A DNA stretch of 64,000 nucleotides. Source: a virus. The translations under genes and the position numbers were made by a program. Location: the IMG/VR virus record IMGVR_UViG_2756170246_000002, positions 156 to 64,155 of that record, one strand, 5' to 3'. Under the pieces are notes generated by a model. That model was not told where the DNA came from. It worked only from the letters and a program-made list of their open reading frames with translations, and ran no database searches. Positions 18,528 to 26,203 of this stretch are shown piece after piece (the stretch's first letter is position 1; each line of letters starts with the position of its first letter).

Positions 18528-18748
18528 GATTGGCTTATCCTTGAGACTGGGTCGACTGTGGCGGAACGCGTCACATGGTCGGCGCTGGCGTTCCGTATTC
18601 CGGCATTGACCAGCACGCCGCGGTTGACCGCATCAGCGATGGCGAAAAATCCGGCCTCGGTCGGGAACACCAGGTCGACCGGGACGAAGCCGCCACCGAA
18701 AAAGCGCTTGCCGAAGAAGTGCCGACCGAACCATGACCCGGAAAACAT
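18524..18748 (-). CDS. Small virion-associated protein (F/G-rich N-terminus)
   Basis: MFSGSWFGRHFFGKRFFGG; coupled overlaps. Confidence 0.55.
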   Translation of the reverse strand: MFSGSWFGRHFFGKRFFGGGFVPVDLVFPTEAGFFAIADAVNRGVLVNAGIRNASADHVTRSATVDPVSRISQS

Positions 18749-20535
18749 CAGGTCGCGTCCGTCGCGACGGCTGAGCGATTCCCATCTGAATCGACGGTTG
18801 CCGTCAGGCGGTTCTTACTGTCGGCCGCGTCGCGGAAATGCACAGTCGTTCCGGCCAAGCCGTTGGCCTTGCCGTAGAGCGCGGCGCGGGCTAGGCGGAA
18901 ATGATCCTGCACCGTCTCGGCGCCTTCGTAGGTGGCCGCCAGGAGCGCGTCTGCATTGTCAGAAGGGCTTGGGATCGAAATCGCAGAGATGTCGGCTGCC
19001 GTTGCAAGCGCTGCATCCGTGATCGACTGATCGACGTCGGCTGACGATAGATCGTTGAGCGCGGCGACAGCGGTGCCGATTCCGTCGATGCTGCCTTGAG
19101 CATGGGCGATGTCGTCGGCCAGATCGCCGAAATTCGGCGTGCCGATGCGGCCTTCAATGGTTCCGGCTGCCGCGCCTGTATCGGTCAGCACCTTGCCCGC
19201 CGTTCCGTCCGTGGCATGGCCGGCAAGCGCTTCATCCCAGACCGCGACAGCAACTTCGCTTGCCGTCGGCGCGTCAGGCAGGGCCGCAATATCCGCGATG
19301 ATCGTGTCGGCCTTGCCGTCAGCCGATTGAGCCGCAGCCGTCCCGTCAAACAGGATCTCGGCCGCTTTTCCGCCGCCGAGATAGTCGGCAATCGTGGCCG
19401 ACCAGACACCGGCCTTGATGTCGTCGACCTTGGGCAGCGCATCGCCGTTTTCGTTGAGCACCCAGAGCTTGCCGGCGGTCTGGGCAATGGCGTCCTGCCA
19501 CGCCTTGATGCTGTCGACTTTGCCATCCGTGGTCGCTAGCGACGCGGCGGTAGCGAAGCCGGTAGCGGTTGCCCAGGTGCTGTCGCCATGCGACTGCAGC
19601 GCAGTGAAGGCGCTCGCGATGTCGGATGCATCGGCTGGGTCGGACGGAAGGTTGTCCGTCTTGGCCTTGACTGCTCCGGTGTCGCTTTTCACCGCTGCGA
19701 CATCCGCTGAAACAGATGCGCCTGATGGCGCACCAAGTCGACCCATGATCGCATCCGTGGCAGCAATGATCAGGCTTTCATCAGCCGGATCGCTTGGCAA
19801 ATTGTCCGTCTTGGCCTTGATAGCGCCGACATCGCTGGCCGTTATCCCGGTCACGCTGCCGACCGAGCCGGTGACGTTGCCCCCAACGTTTCCGGCGACA
19901 GAACCCACGGCACCGGTGACGGAACCGACGGTCCCAGTCACGCTAGCGATGGTAACGTCACTGGCCACCTTGGCGTCAGTAATTGCATCCGCGGCGATTG
20001 CGGCGGCGGTCAGTACTGCAGCCGCCATGGCGCCGACGCTGGCGTCGATGCGGCCGGAAACGAGCGCGGCGGGAATGCGTGTCTGGATGTTGTCGGTATC
20101 GGCCTGCACGCCGGCAATGTCAGCGCTGATCGATGCACCAACCGGGGCACCGATGCGGGCAAACACGTCGCTCGCAAGATTGTCGACCAGTTGCACATCG
20201 ACGCTGGCCTGCACCATGCCTGCCGCGCCCTTGATCACGATAGCGACGCTCTCGGCACCGGTGGCAAAAGCCGCATCCGGCACATCAAGCCGATAGATGC
20301 CAGGCATGTTGGCGGAATCGACTTCCTTGAAACCGCCGGATGACCACGCCGTGTTGGCGGCAGCGAGCGTGGCCAGGGTGATGGCAACGGCAGTGTTCTG
20401 GTTGCGCACATAGTAGGCGGTGAGGCTTGACGTGTTGTAGGCAAGCCCGGTCTTGCGCCCGCCCGTTGTCGATGCCGAATCCAGCACGTCGACATAGATC
20501 GACTGGCTGGTGGCGCCTTTTTTTATGGTGCGCAT
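18748..20535 (-). CDS. Putative head fibre/appendage protein with internal repeats
   Basis: 595 aa, Ala/Asp/Gly-rich; KAKTDNLPSDPAD occurs twice 50 aa apart. Confidence 0.6.
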   Translation of the reverse strand: MRTIKKGATSQSIYVDVLDSASTTGGRKTGLAYNTSSLTAYYVRNQNTAVAITLATLAAANTAWSSGGFKEVDSANMPGIYRLDVPDAAFATGAESVAIVIKGAAGMVQASVDVQLVDNLASDVFARIGAPVGASISADIAGVQADTDNIQTRIPAALVSGRIDASVGAMAAAVLTAAAIAADAITDAKVASDVTIASVTGTVGSVTGAVGSVAGNVGGNVTGSVGSVTGITASDVGAIKAKTDNLPSDPADESLIIAATDAIMGRLGAPSGASVSADVAAVKSDTGAVKAKTDNLPSDPADASDIASAFTALQSHGDSTWATATGFATAASLATTDGKVDSIKAWQDAIAQTAGKLWVLNENGDALPKVDDIKAGVWSATIADYLGGGKAAEILFDGTAAAQSADGKADTIIADIAALPDAPTASEVAVAVWDEALAGHATDGTAGKVLTDTGAAAGTIEGRIGTPNFGDLADDIAHAQGSIDGIGTAVAALNDLSSADVDQSITDAALATAADISAISIPSPSDNADALLAATYEGAETVQDHFRLARAALYGKANGLAGTTVHFRDAADSKNRLTATVDSDGNRSAVATDAT

Positions 20536-20558
20536 CTTACCTCACCCAGAAAAGCATC

Positions 20559-21266
20559 TTAGTTCCGCTTTCCGTATGGCCACATAGAGCCCCAACCTTG
20601 GCTGGCATATGTGGGAGAACCAGGAGTTGACGGGGCAGGAATGCTGGCCTGGCTGAAATAAGCAACCAGTCGACTGGCGCTTATAAAAGATATGCCTGCA
20701 GTCTGTAGATTCAGTCCTATCCAAATAAGATCACCGGCATTTGCCGCGAGCCCTGATGTGAATGGAACAGTATTCACCCCTTGCACGGCGCCGGTTATGG
20801 ATGAGCCATTTGCAAGTCGAGTGCTTAGTGCACCGACACCCGTAGAACCGTAAGCTACCGGTTCGAATACAGCAGAAGCAGCTGCTGCTGTTGCCCGGAA
20901 TTTAACGCCGCTTATCAACATATTAGCTGGAATTAAAAAGGGCACCAATCCGACAAAACCATTACTGAACGTCGAACCAGCTACAGAATCTATTCCGGCC
21001 GGCGGCGAATCAACATTGTTGTCCGAGATTAAAACCCAATCTGTTGCGGCGCCCGTATCCTTGCCCATATAGATTTTGTGGTTCGTTGTATCCACATAAA
21101 CCTGTCCATTCTGTGCCGGGGCGCTACCCGGCGCGCCGGAGCCCTCGGCCAGATTGGGCGTCGATACCAGGAAATCGCGCAACATCTGCGGCGTGATGGC
21201 TCCGCCGGTGTTGTCCGCGAAGAGTACCTGCAGTGCAGCCAAAGTCCGTTGCGTATCAGCCATCAA
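20559..21266 (-). CDS. Putative head fibre/decoration protein with lower-GC C-terminal domain
   Basis: GSGAPGSAP...GQVYVDTT fibre-like motif; sampled 60-nt lines in the 3' two-thirds are 43-53% GC. Confidence 0.55.
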   Translation of the reverse strand: MMADTQRTLAALQVLFADNTGGAITPQMLRDFLVSTPNLAEGSGAPGSAPAQNGQVYVDTTNHKIYMGKDTGAATDWVLISDNNVDSPPAGIDSVAGSTFSNGFVGLVPFLIPANMLISGVKFRATAAAASAVFEPVAYGSTGVGALSTRLANGSSITGAVQGVNTVPFTSGLAANAGDLIWIGLNLQTAGISFISASRLVAYFSQASIPAPSTPGSPTYASQGWGSMWPYGKRN

Positions 21267-21370
21267 CTAAATCCATTCGAAAAGCCGCTGGAGAAAGCGC
21301 GCGTTGAGCTGAAGACGAAGATGTAGGGACCGCAAAAGGTCCACATGCGCATGCCTAGGATCGACATCAA

Positions 21371-21766
21371 TCAGCCGCGCATTGCCAGTTCGGCTTCGAT
21401 GGCCGCAACCGCATCAGCCGCGCTGTTGATGGGCTGATCACTCAATTTCGTGGCAAGGCCGCGCAGTGAGGTGCCGCCCTTTGACCGCGGCAGGTAGGGG
21501 AGGAATTTCCAGTCGTCTGGAATCTCGATCGGCCCGGCCGGCTGCTCGTCTTGGTCAGGCTGCTCGATGAACGCGCGCTCGTCTGTGGCCATTGAGAATT
21601 CTTGGTGCCGATCATTGGCGGCAGGTGCGACCTCCGCGCCATTGGCAAGCGCGTTCGCTTCCTCGCGTGAAAATCCATCAGAGCGCGCCTGGTAATAGCG
21701 GTTGCGCTGCTCCTGGATTTCCTGGCGCTGGCGAAGCACGGCCTCGCTGATGACGATGCGGCGCAT
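21371..21766 (-). CDS. Hypothetical head-module protein
   Basis: 131 aa in-operon ORF. Confidence 0.55.
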   Translation of the reverse strand: MRRIVISEAVLRQRQEIQEQRNRYYQARSDGFSREEANALANGAEVAPAANDRHQEFSMATDERAFIEQPDQDEQPAGPIEIPDDWKFLPYLPRSKGGTSLRGLATKLSDQPINSAADAVAAIEAELAMRG

Positions 21767-21767
21767 G

Positions 21768-21890
21768 TTACTTCCCGAGTTTCTTCTTCAGGAAAGCCGG
21801 CATGGCCTTTGCCTTGCCCTTGGCCTTCTTGGCGCCGGCTGGTTTCTTGCCGAAGAACTTTGCCTGTTTGGCGGTCATCTTCTTGGCCAT
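21768..21890 (-). CDS. 40-aa Lys-rich basic protein MAKKMTAKQAKFFGKKPAGAKKAKGKAKAMPAFLKKKLGK
   Basis: Read by hand; GGAGG RBS; stop 1 nt before the next ATG; below ORF-track cutoff. Confidence 0.7.
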   Translation of the reverse strand: MAKKMTAKQAKFFGKKPAGAKKAKGKAKAMPAFLKKKLGK

Positions 21891-21956
21891 GCGTGATCCT
21901 CCATTTGGGACGGAAAGCGAACAGAGCGGAACAAATGGCCAAAAGGCCGGGGAACA

Positions 21957-21982
21957 GATGGCGGCAGCTGCCCGCCGCCATC
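21957..21982 (-). terminator. Hairpin after major capsid gene
   Basis: GATGGCGGC/GCCGCCATC 9-bp stem 12 nt after the capsid stop. Confidence 0.5.
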
Positions 21983-21994
21983 GATGTCGGGTCG

Positions 21995-22975
21995 TTACGC
22001 GATTTTGTGGCGGAGCATCACGATGCGAACGTTCTTTTGCTCGTAGACGCGGCTCCAGTTGCCGGCGGCTGCGAGTTCAGCGTCGCTCGGCGTGACCGAT
22101 GCGGGAACGCCCGAACCCGGGTCCCACTTGATGCCGCGAGGATGCAGCACGTAGTGGCGGCGGGTCACCAGATAGTCCTGGCCACCATTGATCAGCGGGT
22201 TGCGGCCGACTTCGGACGGAACCTTGGGGTTGCCGTCGGCAAAGCCGATGGCGCCCGGGCCGAACAGGTAGGTGTCATAGACGCCGTTGGTGCCCGCGTT
22301 GGCATCGTCGACGATGAGTTCCTTCTGCATGAAGGTCTTCATGACGATCTGGCCGTCGGAGTCACGGATGGTGTCGATGAGGTTGTTCTTGGCAAGCAGG
22401 GCTTCCACAGCCGAGTGCATGAGCACGCCGCTGATCTGGTCCTTCTTGTCGCCGAGCATCTGGGCCGCGTCGATGAAGGACGTGCCGTCGATGATGGCGG
22501 CGGCACCCGACAGGCCCGAGATGTCGAGAGCGTTGACATCGGGGGACTCGGCGAGCAGCGCGCCCATGGCACCCTTGAGCGTGGCGATGAGCTGGTAGTT
22601 GAACTCACCGGACCAGTTCTCGGCGATGCCCGAGGCGATAGCGGCCATGGCATCGTCGCCGGCGAGAGCCGCCGAGAGATCGGTGCCACCGTAGACAAGG
22701 GCGCGTGCATGCTGCACGGCCTTGTCCTGGCCGGTCTGGACCTTGCGGATTTCCAGATCCTGGGTGTCGTCGAGAAGCTGCGCACGCTCGGACAGCGCCT
22801 TCCAGAACGGCATGTTGATTTCGGTGCCGCCCTGGTTGCCGAAGGTGAGGTCGGGAACCGAGGTGACGATGCCGGAGCGGAAGAACGCGTTGACCTGCGT
22901 GGTCAGTTCGCGGAAGTACGGGTTGAAGCGTTCCGGGACGATGACGTCCGCGAGAGCAGTGGGGGTGTCAGCCAT
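21995..22975 (-). CDS. Major capsid protein
   Basis: 326 aa after scaffold; LADVIVPERF, GGTEINMPFW, LVTRRHYVLHPRG motifs; GAGGAG RBS. Confidence 0.88.
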   Translation of the reverse strand: MADTPTALADVIVPERFNPYFRELTTQVNAFFRSGIVTSVPDLTFGNQGGTEINMPFWKALSERAQLLDDTQDLEIRKVQTGQDKAVQHARALVYGGTDLSAALAGDDAMAAIASGIAENWSGEFNYQLIATLKGAMGALLAESPDVNALDISGLSGAAAIIDGTSFIDAAQMLGDKKDQISGVLMHSAVEALLAKNNLIDTIRDSDGQIVMKTFMQKELIVDDANAGTNGVYDTYLFGPGAIGFADGNPKVPSEVGRNPLINGGQDYLVTRRHYVLHPRGIKWDPGSGVPASVTPSDAELAAAGNWSRVYEQKNVRIVMLRHKIA

Positions 22976-22995
22976 GGGAAAATCTCCTCTGGTTA

Positions 22996-23063
22996 GGCTG
23001 GTTTCGCTGTGAAATCAGCCGCGTCACCGACACCGGCTGCTGATGATTGCGGGCACCGCCCGC
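22996..23063 (-). promoter_or_regulatory. Structured leader motif, copy 2 (upstream of major capsid gene)
   Basis: Three hairpins matching 14232-14300. Confidence 0.75.
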
Positions 23064-23100
23064 GGCGTTGAACTGGCAGGCTTGATGCCGGCCAGGATGG

Positions 23101-23955
23101 TTATTTGAGCGGACCGGTCGACCGGTTGGCGTGGTTGAGATCCTTGAAGCCGGCGGACTTCGCCAGACGCTCCGCCTTGGCGCGATCAGAACCGAGCAGC
23201 GCGCCTTGCTGGCTGATGTTCCATGTCTCCTTGGCGTAGGGGTTGGTTTCGCCATTGCGCAGGTTGCGATTGCCCCCGCGCTCGTCGGCGCCCGAAGGCG
23301 GCGCGATAAAATCCTTAGCCTCGTCGCTCTGCGACCAGTTGCCGATGAACTTGTCGAGCTCGTCACCGCCGAGGTCCGTCTTCATGCGGGCAACGCGCTT
23401 GCCGTCTTCCTCGACAATCTCGACATCGCCTTCGAACATGCGCTGCGCGGCCTTGAGCAGGGTCGGTTTGACGCCGGCTTTGACCAGCGCCTTGGTGAGC
23501 CCATCGCCAACGAGCGTGGTGCGCAGATCGCCTGTGATGCTGGCGATCGCGGTGTCCTTCTCGGCGATGATCTCGTCCTTGGCCCTGATCGCCGCGTCGT
23601 GGCGCGTCTGCATCTGCCGTTCCTTGGCGGCGACAGCGGTCTCGACCTGCTTGCGCACGTCCTTGCCTTCGGGATCGGCCTGGCGGGCTTCGTCCTCGGT
23701 CTTGAGGCGTTCCCATTCGGCGGCATCGAAATCTTCGGGCAGGCCCTTGAGCTTCTTCTCTGCCGCGGTGAGTTTTGCGCGCGCTTCGTCGCGCTCGCGC
23801 TTGGAATTGGTGTGGCCGTTTTTGAGAGCGATGACGGCGGGATGGTCGTCGATCCCGTCGATCTGCAAGATGTGCTTGCCGTCCTTCTCCTCATAGAGGG
23901 CATGGAGGGCTTCCTCGATACCATCGAGGCTGGAAACGACTGACTTCAAAGCCAC
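23101..23955 (-). CDS. Capsid scaffolding protein
   Basis: Coiled coil, LYEEKDGKHILQIDG N-terminus, NPYAKETWN C-terminus; AAGGAG RBS before GTG. Confidence 0.82.
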   Translation of the reverse strand: MALKSVVSSLDGIEEALHALYEEKDGKHILQIDGIDDHPAVIALKNGHTNSKRERDEARAKLTAAEKKLKGLPEDFDAAEWERLKTEDEARQADPEGKDVRKQVETAVAAKERQMQTRHDAAIRAKDEIIAEKDTAIASITGDLRTTLVGDGLTKALVKAGVKPTLLKAAQRMFEGDVEIVEEDGKRVARMKTDLGGDELDKFIGNWSQSDEAKDFIAPPSGADERGGNRNLRNGETNPYAKETWNISQQGALLGSDRAKAERLAKSAGFKDLNHANRSTGPLK

Positions 23956-24000
23956 CGGCTTTTCTCCTTTGGGGTTGAGAAGCCCGCACCGCGAGCACGA

Positions 24001-24025
24001 AAAAACCCGCCGGGATGGCGGGCTG
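24001..24025 (-). terminator. Intrinsic terminator-like hairpin upstream of scaffold
   Basis: CCCGCC ATCCC GGCGGG followed by TTTTT. Confidence 0.65.
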
Positions 24026-24080
24026 GAAAGCATCAGAAATGAGTAGAAATCACCTCGGATTTGAGGTCGTGACCGGACGG

Positions 24081-24193
24081 AAAAGGCGGAAGGCCTTTTG
24101 ACCGGATGACAAATCCGATCCGACCTTCCGCCCCTGGCTCCACACCGCGGGCGGGAGAAGGCGAAACTAGCACCGCGAGGCGCGTTGGATCAA
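24081..24193 (-). other. Putative promoter plus long hairpin/terminator (small RNA or attenuator)
   Basis: TTGATC-N18-TAGTTT, then GGCGGAAGG/CCTTCCGCC stem with inner GATCGGAT/ATCCGGTC and TTTT. Confidence 0.4.
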
Positions 24194-24229
24194 GTCAAGC
24201 CGGCGTCGTGATGGTCAGGAGGGATTTCA

Positions 24230-25039
24230 TCAGTCGCTCGGGCTGGTTGAGGCGTTGGTGAGAGAGCCGGTCACGGCGAAAGCGCCCGCCGACCCCTGGT
24301 TGCTGGCAAAGGCCGCAGCGTTGCCCGTAAAGAGGACGGACCCCGCAGGGAAGCCTGACGGATCAGCCGGCTTGCCGTCAGCATCTATGAACTTGCGGCG
24401 CGTCGCCTCGGGGATATTGCCGTCGCCATCCAGAAGTGAAGTTCCAAACGCAATCCAGACATCGGCAAACTCGATCGCCACTTCACGCGGGAACGAAATC
24501 GGGTCGTCGAACCCGCCGAAAATCCATTTGCGGCCGTTGATCGTCATCACGCCGCCCGGCAGAAACCCACTATGCAGCACGAAGTCGGGGTCGAGATCGC
24601 GCTGCGCGACATCATCAAGATATTGCTGGGCCTGCGGATCAGCCATGTCGCCAGAGAACAGCATGTGATGCCATGCGCCCTCGATGGTCGAGAACTGGTT
24701 GCCGGCCTGATAGCCATAGGTTAGGTCGGCCGAGTAGGAATAGACCGACACTTCTTGTGCACCGGGGCCGTTCGATGGGAAACTGACCGCCGGAGTGGTT
24801 GACGCGTCTTCCTGGGTGACACCAAACCAGTACTGCTCGCCCACGGGCAATGTAGGGGTTTTGAACCAGATGCTGAATGAGAGAAGCCCCGTGTCGGCGG
24901 CCGTGGCGGCGGCATTGACCAATTGCGTTGACGGGTCAAAGGCTACAGCCTGCGCCACATATGGCGCACCACCACCACCGACATTCGGCGCGCTGGCGAG
25001 ACCCAGCCCGAAAGCAGGCGCTAGAGAGAACCCGCTCAT
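24230..25039 (-). CDS. LamG/ConA-like domain virion-associated protein
   Basis: SFSIWFK, WHHMLFSGD, QQYLDD, FADVWI motifs. Confidence 0.6.
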   Translation of the reverse strand: MSGFSLAPAFGLGLASAPNVGGGGAPYVAQAVAFDPSTQLVNAAATAADTGLLSFSIWFKTPTLPVGEQYWFGVTQEDASTTPAVSFPSNGPGAQEVSVYSYSADLTYGYQAGNQFSTIEGAWHHMLFSGDMADPQAQQYLDDVAQRDLDPDFVLHSGFLPGGVMTINGRKWIFGGFDDPISFPREVAIEFADVWIAFGTSLLDGDGNIPEATRRKFIDADGKPADPSGFPAGSVLFTGNAAAFASNQGSAGAFAVTGSLTNASTSPSD

Positions 25040-25317
25040 GCGGCAGGAGCCGTGAAGCCGCGGATTTCAGCCGTGCCATCGCGATCATGCGTGGCGCGGG
25101 CATAGACCAGTTGGTCCGTGCCGAGCGTCGATGACAGTTCGCGCGTGCCGCTGATCGACAGGATCATGAACTGGTCCTCGTCGATATTGGGCTCGGTATC
25201 GCCGATGAAGACCGCGACGTCACCTTGGATCAACTGGATGCCGAAGCTGCCATCGGTCGAACCGTCGGCGATCGCGGTCCATGCGCTATAGGTCAGAGCC
25301 TGGCTGAAAGTGCCCAT
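25036..25317 (-). CDS. Hypothetical protein
   Basis: 93 aa, coupled to the LamG gene. Confidence 0.55.
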   Translation of the reverse strand: MGTFSQALTYSAWTAIADGSTDGSFGIQLIQGDVAVFIGDTEPNIDEDQFMILSISGTRELSSTLGTDQLVYARATHDRDGTAEIRGFTAPAA

Positions 25318-25333
25318 GTTGGTTTTTCCTTTT

Positions 25334-25711
25334 TCAGGCGAGCGCGGCGTCGACCACGCGATAGGGGCAGCGCAGAAGAGCTGCGATCTCGGTGCGCTTG
25401 CGTCCCATGCCGAACAGCCGGCGGATTTCTGCGGCGCTGTTGACGTTCATCGGTTCGAGCGATGGCTCCGGCTTGGGCGGCGCAGCCTTCACCTTGGCGG
25501 CAGCCTCGGCGCGGGCGTGGCGCTTCTCAGCAGCCGCTTCCGGGTCACGCGGCTCGTGCTGGACGCGGCGCGTGACGTTGAGCCTCGCGGCAAGCTGGCT
25601 TGGATAACTGGCAGACATGCCGAACGCCTTGGCGATCTCGGCTGTCGGCACGCCGGCGACATACAGGCGCATTATCTCGCGGCGCTTGTCTTCGCTCAGC
25701 GGCTTGATCAT
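25334..25711 (-). CDS. HTH DNA-binding protein (two HTH-like segments)
   Basis: IMRLYVAGVPTAEIAKAFGMS and IRRLFGMGRKRTEIAALL. Confidence 0.7.
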   Translation of the reverse strand: MIKPLSEDKRREIMRLYVAGVPTAEIAKAFGMSASYPSQLAARLNVTRRVQHEPRDPEAAAEKRHARAEAAAKVKAAPPKPEPSLEPMNVNSAAEIRRLFGMGRKRTEIAALLRCPYRVVDAALA

Positions 25712-25739
25712 GGAATTTCCTGGTCTATCCGGCGCCACC

Positions 25740-26081
25740 GCTTCCCCGCCACAATGAACCGCTTGCCAACGGCTGCCCCGCGCGGGTGCTTCTTAGGGTC
25801 GAGCGAGTGGCCTTTTGGCCGTAGCCGGTATCAGGCTTAAGGACTGCAGGGCAATTTCTGGAGCGGAAGTCGGAGCGTCCGCGAAACTGTTGGGCGGCTT
25901 TCGGTCAGATGCCCCCGACCGTTAGCCGCCCCGCTTTTGGCTCCAACCAACGGAACCGAAAACTGTTGCCCGGTCTCTCAACCGGGCAGGGCCAGATGCT
26001 TGCCTTTAGCGCCATCCTCACCCTGCAAGTCTGCAAGTGTCGGCCGAAGCCTTCGTCTTCAAACTGCAGGTCTATCGGATC
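25740..26081 (-). ncRNA. Putative highly structured ncRNA directly 3' of tRNA-fMet
   Basis: About 340 nt with no credible ORF; nested helices and a UUCG tetraloop (core 25842-26051). Confidence 0.6.
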
Positions 26082-26158
<77 letters not shown>

Positions 26159-26167
26159 AAACCATCT

Positions 26168-26203
26168 GGTGCCAGAATGGTTACAATCTCACGCCGATGT
26201 CAA
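26168..26203 (-). promoter_or_regulatory. Putative tRNA promoter TTGACA-N18-CATTCT overlapped by operator variant (26168-26184)
   Basis: TTGACA at 26203-26198; GGTGCCAGAATGGTTAC. Confidence 0.55.

Noticed and set aside
21919-21932. Alphaproteobacterial LexA box
   Set aside because: GAAC-N6-GAAC has the wrong spacing (needs N7) and lies downstream of the capsid gene
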